Source: Zootoca vivipara (taxonomy: Eukaryota). Taken from it: a stretch of DNA of 64,000 nt. The stretch spans positions 26,722,001 to 26,786,000 of the forward strand of contig NC_083285.1 in NCBI RefSeq assembly GCF_963506605.1. Direction: 5' to 3'. Shown piece after piece: positions 24,738-38,319 of this stretch. Position 1 is the first letter of the stretch; every line of letters begins with the position of its first letter. A model generated the notes under the pieces. It was not told the origin of the DNA. It was given only the letters and a program-made list of their open reading frames with translations, and did no database searches. A program made the position numbers and the translations under genes.

Positions 24738-26320
24738 GTGTAGGTGCTACCACTATAAAAGATCAAGTTCTTACAAATGCAAAATGGGTATTATGTGCAC
24801 CTGTAACAGTGCTGGTTCCGCTGTTTGAAGTGGGTGGGTGGGTGGGTGGGTGGATGTTTGTTTGTTTGTTTGTTTGTTTATAGCATTTATTTATTTATAG
24901 CATTTGTACCCCACTCTTCAGTCAAAAAGGCTCCCAGAGTAGCTGAAAAGAAATCAAAACAAGCCATTTCCTACCCGCAGGCTTCCACTCTAATAAAAGG
25001 AAGGCATACCCCTGAAAGCTCCCCTTGTCCCAGGCTGGGAAGAAAAATTCAACAACAGTGGTGGTGGTGGTGGTGGTGGTAGTAGGTATTTCTGTCCAAC
25101 TCTACTTAAAAGCTGGGCAGGCTTTTCTACAACCTGGTCAGATAACAGTAGGACATACCAATAGTGCCTGAAATGAACCGATAGCTGCGCCTGGAATTGT
25201 GCCTGAAATGAACCGATAGCTGGTGAACTTAATAGGGGGGTGGGTGTCAAATACTCTCTCAGACTGGTTTCAGACCGTAACCTGGTTGTATGTAGCCAGT
25301 GTTAGAAACTCAGATATATAAGATAGATAGCAAATGGCTCCTTTAGCCAGGGTTACAGTCACCAAAATGGAATGTCTCATTGCCATTTTGGGGCCAGATG
25401 GCTCGAAAGTCGTATTTTTCAATATGACTTTTTGGTTCCTCAAATTCGTTCCAATTGTGCAGATAAAATTTTAAAGGATGTGTTGTTAGTGTGTGGAAAC
25501 AGGCAGGATTTAAGGATTCCCAGGAATGTACCTCCAGATAGTGGAGACATTAGGCGCCATCCTGGCGCCCGGACATCTTTACCGGCTTGCAAGTGGCCAA
25601 TAGCCAAGTGCAAAAAGCGCATGGCGAGTGGCGAATTTTGAATGCTGGTTGCAGCATTTTGCAGCAGCTGAATCTCATATAGACAATTTCTTCACCTGCT
25701 ATATTATCCTCACAGCATCCTTATGCAGTAGGTTATGCTGAGACGTACAACTATCTCAGTGAATTTCATGGCTCATTGGGGATTCTAACCTAGGTCTCAT
25801 TGGTCCTGGTCTGACACTGAAACCATTCCATGACATGCTTAAAATATCTTATGTGTACACCTAAACATAATGTTGGATAAGTTTTTCTGCTTTCTTCTCA
25901 AATGTAAATGCTTGACTTGATGAGCACTATCAGTGTAGTCAGCAAGAACCGTTCTATTTCTTTTGGCAATACTTAAGTCTTCAATTACTGTTTGAGGATA
26001 CCAAACAAATTGGGCTGGCTGCTGAATTGTGCTTAGTAGAGCTCTGCTCATGCATTAGAAGGGGGATGGTGAGACCTTTTTTGCCAATTCCCCCTCTTCC
26101 TGCAGCCACCTGCGCCTCCTAAAAAAGCTCCTCTGACAGGTTGGGGAACCCTTTGAAGGTAGCATGATGGGTAGCATTGAGGAAGTAGGCATCTGTGAAT
26201 ATTGTCTTCTTGCCCTCTTCCTAGAATAGGAAGTCTCTGCTGAATCTCTGTGCCTTCCATAAGCAGAATAACTGTTTCCATTTGTGGAACAGCCACTCTG
26301 TATCCAACTAAAATCTAGTA

Positions 26321-26734
26321 CAGGCGTTGGCAACGGTTTTCCGGCCGTGGGCCGGATCATTCCCACGTGGGCTAGACATGCACAGAAGCGATTTCCGGTG
26401 CTGCGCTGTGCATGTCTGGGGGACCGGAAATCGCTTCTGTGCATGGCTGGAAGCCAGAAATCGCTTCTGCGCATGCCCGGAAGCTGAAAACCGTGCCTGC
26501 GCAGAAGTGATTTTCAGTGTCTGGGCATGTGCAGACGTGGTTTCTGGCATCTGCGCGTGCACAGATGCCATTTCCAGCACCACTCGGCGAGTCGCCGCAG
26601 CGCACTGTGCCAGTTTAGCGCAGTGCATGGGGGGCTTGCTGAGCGGGCGGCTCGGTGACCGGGCGGCTCGTGGGCCGGATAAACGGCCTCCGTGGGCCAG
26701 ATCTGGCTCATGGGCCGGAGGTTGCCAACCTCTG
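26321..26734. mobile_element. 414-bp non-autonomous hAT element
   Basis: TIR CAGGCGTTGGCAAC / GTTGCCAACCTCTG; TSD ATCTAGTA; CpG-rich with internal gaaatcgcttctg repeats. Confidence 0.85.
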
Positions 26735-27063
26735 ATCTAGTAAGTTGTTGATAGTCTGCTCAAATTCTGCATTTTACCTGTTTAGGAGCAAGTTTATGCT
26801 TTCAGCAGTGACATGCTGTTCTAGCCAAGCAAGTCAGCTGGACAACTTCCCCACTTCTAGGTGAAGTAACACTTTAAAACACAAAATATTATGAATAGCA
26901 TGATATTGTGCTAGTGCTAGTTGTCACATTTTAATTACTTGATTCCTTTGTAATATGTATAATAATGTGAGCTGCATTTAACCTAGTGGTTTTAATTTTT
27001 ACAATATTTAAGATATTGGTATTGAAATGGTATTAAGTAAATTTCTTTTTCCCCCTTTAATAG

Positions 27064-27098
27064 ATAAAAATCTTCTCACTGGGATGGTTAATAGAAAC
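27064..27098 (+). CDS. LEMD3: LEMD3 exon 2
   Basis: 35 nt; acceptor ccccctttaatag, donor AAC|gtgagt; (N)KNLLTGMVNRN; restores the frame between exons 1 and 3. Confidence 0.8.
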
Positions 27099-28667
27099 GT
27101 GAGTATGTTCTTAGTATCTATGTTGAGGGCTTGTCTTTGAGCTGTATCATGTCCTGATAATTTTGATTAAATAGGTTGTCGACAATCTTAAATCTTGGAT
27201 AATCTTAAAGCAATAGTTTTGTGTCTGCATGCTAGATATCCAATTTACTAAGAATTTGTGTCCTAAGTATTGTTGCTGACTCCGAGAAGTCCAGTTTGTA
27301 GGCCTCTTGATTATAAGGCTGTGTTTGAATGACTTGTACACAAACCCTAGAATGATACACTGTAGGAAAAAAAGTTGAATTAGGGGAAATCCTGTTTTGC
27401 TAGCTTAAGCACATTAGGTTCTGAAACCATTTACTCTGAAGGCCTTATCATTTCCAACCACTCACCTAGATGTGAGGGCACTCAGTTCCTTGTATTGCTT
27501 CGCTTTCAATATCCAGTAGCCTCACAATTTTTGCCAAGGTAGATCAGTCCCTATATGACAAACTACCATCCAAACGTAATACGGTATTTCACATAACTGC
27601 CCTCTTCTTTGAGCCAGTATTGGAATAGTGGCAGCTGAGAGAGAGTGACTCATGGGAAAGTAAATTGTCCGTTCCTTTTAATTAGAGCACTGTGCCTCTC
27701 CTAGCCCCTGGGTTTCCTTGCTGTTGAGTGGTGTTTCTGAGAATTTAGGATGGTATACTTTTAAGTCTGTGACACTAAGGATGTGAAAGCCCAGGAGGCA
27801 AAAACATATTTTTCTCCCATCTTTGAAGAGAACACACACTCCTGTGCAATAGTTTCTCTTTTGGAATGAGTGAAATTTTATTCATTTGGAATGTCTAGTG
27901 TGAAAATTTCTATGAAAGGCATTCTGAAGCTTTAGAAACTGATAATTTCTATGTATAACAATGTAGAAATATACAATGCTTGGATCAAAGATGCATTTCT
28001 GCTCCTAGGGCATGCTGCCATCTTCATGAAGAACATACATTGCTTTTGTTTCCTACAGCTTTCTTAGTTTGTGCATCTCAGAAGTAGGAAAAATAAGATA
28101 ATGTCCTTAGATAGCACAGGATGCAACCATTTACAACTCTTTAGTATTTAGCATGCTTAGCATTTTGTAAACTTATATAAGATTGCTCTATGAATTTCAT
28201 AAGTATGTCGTATTTAGCCTGCTTACCACTTTGCTTGTAGAAAATGAAGCCATGTGTCATATAGCAAAATGTTACATACTAAATAAGTTATACATGTATC
28301 ATTTATATTGTTTGCATTTTCTATAATTTTGTATTTGTGTTATTGTATTTGTATTTATCTGCTTATTCTTGAGAGTCACCTTGGAAGGCTTTTTGGCTGA
28401 AAGGCAGCATATAAATAGTAACATAGAAACATAACACATTTTATATTAAAGCAGCTAAGTAAGTTTTGTTTGATAAGAATGTATCTATTCAATATATTTT
28501 CATTTTTTCAAAAATAGGGGGGGGGGACAATTTTGCCCCCACCACTTCAAAAAATTTTTTGGGGGGGGAAATTGTACATCTCTGTGTAGTGCTATCTAGG
28601 ATATCTGCTATTTCCATTATTTCAGACTTTATTATAATACATCTTAACTGGCTTATTAAATTTCTAG

Positions 28668-28731
28668 GTAAATGAAACAATTCTTATGAACAGCCTATAT
28701 AAACTACATGATAAACTGGCACAAATAGCAG
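28668..28731 (+). CDS. LEMD3: LEMD3 exon 3
   Basis: 64 nt; VNETILMNSLYKLHDKLAQIA-G; ttctag| and |gtgagc. Confidence 0.9.
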
Positions 28732-29602
28732 GTGAGCATTTAAAGCCAATATTAAACTGTTGGATTTCAAAAGAATGCATGTGTAAAGATTTATAGCAAT
28801 AAGCAGATTGTGAAGGTACTTTGTGATTGCAGGAATAATAATTATTTCATTCATATTGATATAATAATTATTGTATTGAATCGGTGCTTATATCACAGAT
28901 AAATTGGTAAAATACCTTAGCTTGACTGTTGAAATATGCTTATAAAACAAGAGAGATTTTAAAACAAGTTCTTAAATATTGCATTAATCAGCAGGGTAAC
29001 TAATTCCCTCAGAAAAAAGCATAGAAAAAGCTGTGTTCGCCCATTAGGGGAAAATGTAAAAGGTAAGTACAATTATTGGGAGCAGCTAAAACAATATGAA
29101 ATAGTGAGCCAAGTTTCAGGTTGTCCAGAACTCTTCATCAGGCGGACATTAAAACAAAATTTGACGGGCCAGAGTGGAGTAAGTGAGGTTTGGGGAGCCA
29201 ATAAAAGCAGGGAGTGGTGTACTTTTTGAAGTCTGCAGTTTATAGCAATCTTGAGCTGGAATACAGGAGTTCCCCAAGGTCCAAGACAGATTGCAGGTTA
29301 CATTCATTACTGTTGGGGCTAAAAAGCAGAAATGGATGTTACCCTTGTTTTTGAAAATACAAAAATGAGCAGTTTTCCAGTTTTGTGTCGGCCTCTAACT
29401 GGATCACATGAGTGACTTACGAGGCAAAGAACAGAAAGGAGGAGGAGTCTTTACATTAGCAAAACTTGCGATTATTTGCATTAGTCCCCCATTCTCTTCA
29501 AATGGTAGAAGATTAGCTTTGAGAGACTACTTCAGTTAAATCAATCTTGCATTTGGTTTTGATTTTTCGTCAGAAATAAAGTTAGTAAATAAAAGTCAGC
29601 TT

Positions 29603-29737
29603 GTTGTTGTTGTTTAGTCGTTTAGTCGTGTCCGACTCTTCGTGACCCCACGGACCATAGCACGCCAGGCACTCCTGTCTTGCACTGCCTCCCGCAGTTT
29701 GGTCAAACTCATGTTCGACCAACTCATGTTCGAGAAC
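29603..29737 (-). mobile_element. BovB (RTE) 3' end, 5'-truncated
   Basis: (TTG)n tail then tttagtcgtgtccgactcttcgtgacccca..gcacgccaggc; flanking TSD AGTCAGCTT (29594-29602, 29738-29746). Confidence 0.8.
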
Positions 29738-30098
29738 AGTCAGCTTAGTGGTATTCAATTTCTTACCTGTCTCTCACCATGAGGTCCAGGGGAGAGCCTT
29801 TACAACAACTTAAAAATACAAGATTGAAAACATTTAAGAGAGTACCTTTGCAATATGCATATCAAAAGGAACAGTACGGAAAACCTATTTTAAGACAGAG
29901 AAATTTTAAAAGTGTATATACTGTAATGGTTAAAGTACACAATATCATTGAACTTAAAGATTATTAGACTTCATTCCATATCTGAATAGAATTTGACACT
30001 TAAGTTAGTCTTGAGAATAAGCTCTAGTGAAGAAAAACGACTCTGCTTCTGTGTATACATGTATAAGATTGTACTGTCAACTGTTAGTATAGTCATAG

Positions 30099-30454
30099 GT
30101 AAAGGTAAAGGGACCCCTGACCATTAGGTCCAGTCGTGACTGACTCTGGGGTTGCGGCGCTCATCTCGCGTTATTGGCCGAGGGAGCCAACGTACAGCTT
30201 CCAGGTCATGTGGCCAGCATGACTAAGCCGCTTCTGGCGAACCAGAGCAGCACACGGAAACACTGTTTACCTTCCCGCTGTAGCGGTACCTATTTATCTA
30301 CTTGCACTTTGGCGTGCTTTCAAACTGCTAGGTTGGCAGGAGCTGGGATCGAACAACAGGCGCTCACCCGGTCGCCGGGATTCAAACCGCCGACCTTCTG
30401 ATTGTGGCAAGCCCTAGGCTCTGTGGTTTAACCCACAGCGCCACCCCGCGTCCC
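30099..30454 (-). mobile_element. Sauria SINE, full length
   Basis: Minus strand starts gggacgcggggtggcgctgtgggttaaaccacagag and ends (ACCTTT)n; TSD agtatagtcatag / agtaaagtcatag. Confidence 0.9.
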
Positions 30455-30643
30455 AGTAAAGTCATAGAGAGATTTATATACTATTTATCTTATAGGATAC
30501 TTTTCTATCAAAGCAATATCAAAAATAACTTGCAACATTTCCCCTTATGTATCCGAAGTTAGTATTAATATATCCAAAGTTTATATTATTTAGTCACACA
30601 ACTGTGAGAAATACATAAAAATAAATACTTTTCATTGTACTAG

Positions 30644-30711
30644 GAGATCATGAATGTGGCAACTCTATCAAGAAAGGTCTTTCTCTCCAGGAGGCAGATA
30701 CATATTTAAAA
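30644..30711 (+). CDS. LEMD3: LEMD3 exon 4
   Basis: 68 nt; (G)DHECGNSIKKGLSLQEADTYLK; actag| and |gtaagt. Confidence 0.93.
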
Positions 30712-31204
30712 GTAAGTAAATGCTCATAATTTTAAATATTGGAATTAACTTGGTATAAATGTTACATTGACTTTGTGTTAGGTTATTCCTCTTAAAACTT
30801 ATTTTTGTCAGCAAAACAGAAGCTTCATAGTCTATTAAGGTACACATAATTTTGAAAGAAGCAATGGTAGGTTTCTTAGCATGTGTGATGTAATAGCAAA
30901 AAAAATATTGAGTGGGAAAATGTAGGTTGTTTTCCCTTTTGTTTTGTTTTTTGTATGCAGATTGTATACAAACACTAAGTTAAAAAACTGTGCAGGGGTT
31001 ACATATGTGTATGACCCCTGTTCCGCAGATTGTATACAAACACTAAGTTAAAAAACTGAAGAAGACCAAACCAAAACAGTATGATTACCTTCGATCACTG
31101 TCTTGCATGTCGTTATAGTTTATAAAGATAAAAACATATATTTTGCCTGTTGGAATTGGTTGACGTGTTGCCTCTTTTTTTGGTCGACGTGTTGCCTCTT
31201 TTTT

Positions 31205-31720
31205 GGTATTCTGGTAGGAAGCCTGCCTGGTCTGGGTATATTATTTTACTCAAGGTGTTTTTAAGCCTCCATGCCAGTAATTTTGCGAATAATTTATAGT
31301 CATTGTTCAGCAGGGATATTGGGCGATAGTTTTTGACATTGGTTAGATCTGAACCTTGCTTGGAAATCAGTGTGATAAAGGCCTCTTCCCATGATTTTGG
31401 TATTTGCCCATAACTTTGCAATACGACAAGTTTGTCCTGGGGCTTTTCCATTGTTTTATAACCTCTAAAAAAATTCCTTTGAAATTTCTCTTTCTAGCTG
31501 GTCTGCTTCATCTTTTGGAATCTCTTTCAATTTACTTTGGCATAAATAATTTTCTATCTTCTCCCTGTCTTCTGCAGGTGCCTTATATAGTTCATTGTAA
31601 AATTTTGTGAATGCCTCTTTTATCTCTTTCGGCTTATTTATTTTGGTTATAACGCTTTGACTTTGTTTTTTCTTTAATTGCCAAGCAAGCCATTTACCTG
31701 ATTTATTTGCTGTTTCAAAG
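31205..31720 (-). mobile_element. L1 ORF2 internal fragment (start of RT domain)
   Basis: IPKSWEEAFITLISKQGSDLTNVKNYRPISLLNNDYKLFAK..DQAGFLP. Confidence 0.85.
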
Positions 31721-33931
31721 CTTGTTGTATTTCTGCTTTGGGGATGAAGTACTGTGGTTCAGCTGACGCCTCTAAATTTTTACTTAATATTGTATGCCAC
31801 CAAGGAAGGAAGTGCACACTACTCAGTTGCCGCTGATTAGGCAAAAAACTTGAGCACCATACCCTGCTGTTGTGGGGAGAGAATTCTGAAGGTATGACAC
31901 TCGAATACAGGTTTTACAGGCTACCGGAGAGTAGTCATGAGCAGAGAGTAGCAGGGAGCTCACAGATTTTAAATTTGGAGTAGGTATGTTGTGGGGAAGA
32001 TTCTTCTGTCTTATTTCTTCATATACTCCTTGTTCCTTTTGCTCATCTGTGTGTACCTGTGTCATGAGGGAAGTCCTTTGGGAGTTTGCCAATCTTCTAC
32101 AAAGGAGATTTTTTTGCAGTTGAGAAGCATGATAGTTTGACTTTCTCTAGCTCTAGACAATATGAAAGCTTTGAGCCTAATCTGATCCGCATGAACATGG
32201 CAATATTGCTAGTAGAAACATAAGTGTTGAATTTTGTTGCTCATACGTAAGTATGTGAATGTCATTTTCTGCAATTTGTTATATAAATATTTAGCTGAGA
32301 GGAAAGTTGATGTGCTAGAGACTGACAGCCATAGATATTCCCCCCTCCAGTTAATTAACTTCATAAAAACTGGTTCTGCCAGATTTTTTTGTCCAAATTC
32401 CTGCATAGCTACTTATTAACTAAATTCTTCTACTCTGAGTACAGGGATTTGCATTGTTGATTATCAGCTTATTTCAATAGCATAGCAACATCTCAGTCCT
32501 GGGTTACCTTATTAGACATTTACTAGCAACAAAAATAGTTCTAAGCTAAATTCTCTTTGGCCCTACAGTGGTGATACAATACATTTTTCCGTTGAAATAT
32601 GCACTGTATCACTGTTGGTTGGTGTATAATATGCAGTCTGGGGCCATTTTAAGACCTGTGTGTTTTGAGGGAATACAGAAACAAGGAAGCTAAGGCCAGG
32701 GTGCTTGTGCCACCAACTCTGAAGATACCATCTTCAGATTTCCATTGAGCAATTCAAACACAGAGTGTGGCATTTCTATGTTCTAACATGTTTAAAAATG
32801 GATTCAATACTTTGAAGATTAAAAATGGGTAAATGCATTGTCATTCTAGTGCACTGCAATACTTTCGGTAGGATATACATGTAGATTTGCAAGCAGCACA
32901 TCCCAGTGCAAATGACCTGATTGTGTTGAGAACTGGGGCAATTTTCCTGTTTCTCTCCCCAAGTAGTAGCAGATTGGAAGAGCATTGGTTGCAACCAGGG
33001 CCAAAAAAGTGTTCAAAGTATTTTGCAAAAAAACAGTATTTTGCAAAAACCAAACTTTTCAGAAATTAGCAGAGCACTAGTATTAATTTTAAAATGCATA
33101 TATTTGTAAAAGATATCTGGAGGCTAACCTGTTACCAGTCTAGACATTTTATAGCTTTGTATCCTTGCACTACAATGTAAAATCATCTGTTTGCTGCATT
33201 TTATTCTGCTATTAGTTTTTCTGTTCCTCTTTGTGAAATACACATGGCTGCTGCGATTACCGTGTTTGTAATTACCGTGTTGATTCATTGATGTAGTTGA
33301 TTTGGTAAAAAAGCCAGGAAATATGATTGCATTTTATTGCACAGCTATTATTAGCATTTAAATATTAATAAATGCTGAACACAGAATCAAAATAGGCAGA
33401 ATGGCTTTTGATCCTATCAGTATGGCAAGGGAATGGAAGGGGCAGGGAGGAAGCACATTTAGAGTCAAAGTCTGGTCGCTTGACAAATGTCAAAAATTTG
33501 TTCAGAAGTGAAGAAGCCAGGCCATGTGAGGGCATGGCTGCATCTCAAGCTTCATCAGACAGTGGCCTGGTAAAATTGTCAGAGTGTATTGAATGCTGTT
33601 GCTTGGGGTTTGAAAGGGTGGTGCAAGCAAATACTTCGTTTAATTTTCCTGCATTTGATAGACAAGTTCCGACTATAAACCACAGAATTTAATATTGATA
33701 AACCAAGCTGAATAAAATGTGGTTGGCTTTGCATGTTCCAGATGTTGAGGAAGTAATTGATGGTTGAGGAAGAATTTATATATAAAAATGTGGTGGTGGT
33801 GTTGTTCCTTTTTATTATATTGAAATGCTTTGGATAATATTGTCACATTTTTGTAGCATTTATTTTGGAATTCCTCTTGCAACAACTCCTGCCATTGAAC
33901 CTTTTGCTTTGTTTTCTTTGTTTCTCTTTAG

Positions 33932-34011
33932 AGTTTAGGTCCAGAATACGAAGGTGTATCTAATGAATCCCTGCAATGGATTCTAAAGAGTGGAGAAGAT
34001 GTCGGCATAAA
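33932..34011 (+). CDS. LEMD3: LEMD3 exon 5
   Basis: 80 nt; SLGPEYEGVSNESLQWILKSGEDVGI-K; long pyrimidine tract, |gtaagt. Confidence 0.95.
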
Positions 34012-34380
34012 GTAAGTCATTTTATTTTGTAGTCTGCTTTCACACAGAAACTCAGTTCAGACAACCTTTTAAATAATGGTTGGGTATTATGAACAAACGC
34101 AGGATCCATACTGCTCCCTGCCTCCCCTCAAAAATTGGTGCACTTGCCCTCCAAAGCTGAATTAGAATTCTACTTCAATATGAGGTTTCTGATTGGCTGA
34201 GGGCGGGGATGAATGATAAGCATAGGTTGTTGATTTGGTTGTTGCAACAAAGTATACTTAGTATAAAACGATAAATGGAGGGGAAACCACAGAAGAAAGG
34301 GGGCAGGTGTGCATCTGTGACTCATTCATATCTAAGCCATAGCTGTCATAACATCAGTTGGAATATCTCTTTTTAAACAG

Positions 34381-34529
34381 GTTTGTTGACAACAGCTCTG
34401 ATGAGGATTCTATAACCAATACAACTAATGTAAAATACCTGGTATCAACTAGGCCACAGATGTCTTTTACATGTCGTTTTCGCCGTGCATTTATTACTGT
34501 AACATGTAAATCGTTAATTCTGCTTCTGG
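34381..34529 (+). CDS. LEMD3: LEMD3 exon 6
   Basis: 149 nt; FVDNSSDEDSITNTTNVKYLVSTRPQMSFTCRFRRAFITVTCKSLILLL-G; |gtgagt. Confidence 0.95.
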
Positions 34530-35215
34530 GTGAGTTTTTCCCCTGTCAGTTTATTTTAATACTTGTATGTCTCTAGGGAAACTGCGAGAATGATGTTACC
34601 AGACAAGTGCTTAAGATTTTGTAATCTACTTCATGGTAGATTAGTCTATGAGAAAGAGGAGAAAATAGGCAACCACTTTCTAAAAAAATTGTGTAGGCAG
34701 GACATGTTGTTGGCAACATCAAAATTCTGTAGTGCAAGAAACAGTCTTTATCTTCTCTTCACTTACAATGAGATCTTAGAAAAGTCTGTCCCTTTCTCAA
34801 GATAGAAACACTGAAAACTCTACAGGCATTCTCACCTTGTATAAAAATGGTTACTCTTCCCATAGTTGAGTAAAAATTATTCATCAACATTTGGTATAAA
34901 GCAGAGGTGGGGAACCTCCGGATATTGCTGGATTGCAGCTTCCATTGTCCCTGGTCATTGACAATGCTGAGGATGATGGGAGTTCTAGTCCAACAACATC
35001 TGTAAGGTCATAGGTTATCTGCCCTGGGTAAAAATATTCTTCATAAAAGGTACTAAGGAGTAGATGGAAGTAGTAGATGGATGATGTTCCTCTTTAAATA
35101 CCTTAAAATGTGTTTTTTTGTGTGTGTAAAATATGTCTCCTACATAAGGACAGCCAGTGATGATTTTTTAAAAATTTGGATTATTCGGCTAAGAAAATCT
35201 TTCTATTTGGCACAG

Positions 35216-35317
35216 GTATAGGAATAGCTTGGGGAGTCTTAAGGTATATGAAATACCGATGGTCTAAGGAAGAGGAAGAGACCAGACAGATGTATGATAT
35301 GGTTGTAAAAATTATAG
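35216..35317 (+). CDS. LEMD3: LEMD3 exon 7 (end of TM2)
   Basis: 102 nt; [33 protein letters not shown]; cacag| and |gtaagt. Confidence 0.96.
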
Positions 35318-36133
35318 GTAAGTTTTAGCTAAATTTGGCAGTGGCTGGGCTCAAACACAATACTAAACTTGGGGTGTGGGTGTGTGAATGAATGTGAGCC
35401 GCAGACACGCTCTCATTCTCCTTTCTCTACTTCAACTGCAAGCAGATGAGAACCTCTTGCTTTCATTTTTGGTTAAATTCTACTTCTGAACCCTAAGCAG
35501 TGGTTAGCTTAACTATGGTGTGGGTAATAGAATCATAGAATTTGTAGAGTTGAAAGGGACCGTGAAAGTCATCTAGTCTAACCCCCTGTAATGCAGGAAT
35601 CTCAACACCCAGTTCCCTGAAGCAGGCCAACTCCATTAAAAAGCATGGTTGAAGTTTGTTTTTTCATTATACCATAGTTAAGACTAACTACCATTTGTCT
35701 GGGTTCAGAAATCCTGGTAAAATGCTGTTAGTTAAAAATAGAAGTGAAAGCTTCTGGTTTTCTCTTTGAGATGGAGTAGAGGGAAGCAAGGAGCTGATGA
35801 ACCCGAGGCTTGTGTTCATAATGCTAATCCATAGTCTAGCATTACAGGTGAACTAAGTCAGCATCTCGCCAAATGACCCTGTCAAGTGAATCTTCATCAT
35901 TTTCAGTTTTGTGTACTGTATTGAGAAATCAAACGCTATTCAAGGATGGAAGATGGAGAATATTTCATACTGGAAGATCTTTGAATAGCTTATTATGCTG
36001 TCTTCTCATATATATCTTAAATGTAAGAGGGGCAGTATCTTGAAACATTTTTTCTTTAAATACTGTCATTTGTAAATGTGATTGATTCCAGTTCAGATTT
36101 TACAGTATTGTTAACTTGGTGCAATTATTTCAG

Positions 36134-36236
36134 ATGTTTTAAGAAGCCACAATGAAGCATGCCAGGAAAACAAAGACTTGCAGCCATATATGCCTATTCC
36201 ACATGTACGAGATTCCTTGATTCCACCTCAAAACAG
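36134..36236 (+). CDS. LEMD3: LEMD3 exon 8 (winged-helix/MSC region), GC donor
   Basis: 103 nt; [34 protein letters not shown]; the frame requires donor AG|gcatgt. Confidence 0.9.
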
Positions 36237-36360
36237 GCATGTACAAGTTGCATTATAGTTAATTATAGTCAGTTTATACTGATGCATCTTCTGTTTTGCC
36301 TTCAGTGGAAGAAGTATACAGTAGTACTTACCACACTGATAAACAACTTTGCTTTCATAA

Positions 36361-36690
<330 letters not shown>

Positions 36691-36947
36691 TAAACATAAC
36701 TTTTTTATCATTGCTTCTTGCAACATCTATAGCTATGTATGTTCTTTCTAATACTAGCGTCTTGTACAGTTATAAAAAGTAAACTCTAACCCCTCCTTGG
36801 CTTTTGCAATCTGCTTGTCTCAGTGTGCTCTAAAAGTTAGTTTATCAGATTCCTACCATGAAAGCTAGCGGTTGACCCCACACATAATGCACACACATGT
36901 ATGCTTTTATAACTTGTGTAATCTACAGGAAACTGATTAATATTTGA

Positions 36948-37085
<138 letters not shown>

Positions 37086-37634
37086 TAAGTACTTTTTTTA
37101 ATTCACTGCGAATAGAAAACATTGAGTTTATATTTTGTCCTGACACTACAGATGCAAAAGGAATACAAATTCATTATTACTGTCTCAGCTGGTATAATGA
37201 CACTGGGCAGCTGGAGAGGCAGAGATAGGAATTAATTTCCTGAATACTGTTTTCATTTTTAACTTCATGTGATGACCCAAGCCACTAGGGCTTTCTCTCT
37301 GTTGAGAACCAGCCTTTTACTCTGACTCTTCAACTATTCATAGCCTTATATTTTTAATGCATACTGTATTCATTTCAGAGAAGTTCTGTTCCAAAGAAGT
37401 CATTACTTGTAGACCTATAGGCCATATTAGCACGGATTGCTAAACCAGGGGTGGGGAATATTTTGATCCTTGTTGGACAATAATTCCCATAGTCCCTAAC
37501 CATTTAAGTGATGCTTGCTAGCGTTGGTGGGAACTGGACTCCAACAACATCTAAAGGGCCACAGGTTAACCATCTTGATCTAGAGAAGATATTTATTACT
37601 GTGTTTCCTAATAAGATTGTATTGTTATTTTTAA

Positions 37635-37817
<183 letters not shown>

Positions 37818-37850
37818 TAGATAGTTAGTATACTCAGTTTCTCGTTTTGA

Positions 37851-37970
<120 letters not shown>

Positions 37971-38155
37971 TGATTTACAGTTAATTTAGCAGGTTGGTAG
38001 TTGCCTACACATCGGTCTAAACAACAAGAGTGACTAGCTTCTAGATAAAAGTATTACATGTCAAAGTATTCATCTCAGTTATATGTGCAAATCAGTGTGT
38101 AGAATAGTGCTTTAAAAATTCAAAATCTTAATATTCTGAACTTTCTTTACTATAG

Positions 38156-38319
38156 GAAAACTGGTAACTGTAAAATATTTACGGCTAGATCGATATCATC
38201 ATCGTTTTCCCCAGGCTGTTGCTTGCAATGCTCCATTGAAGCCATCAAATAAACGCATGAACTCAATGTCACATCTTCGTCTCCGAACAGGCACAACCAA
38301 CTCTCAGGGAAACTCCTGA
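38156..38319 (+). CDS. LEMD3: LEMD3 exon 13 (last coding exon)
   Basis: [53 protein letters not shown]; TGA at 38317-38319; summed CDS 2817 nt. Confidence 0.97.

Noticed and set aside
30957-31058. CRISPR-like repeat-spacer-repeat
   Set aside because: Only two repeats, in a vertebrate intron, with no cas genes
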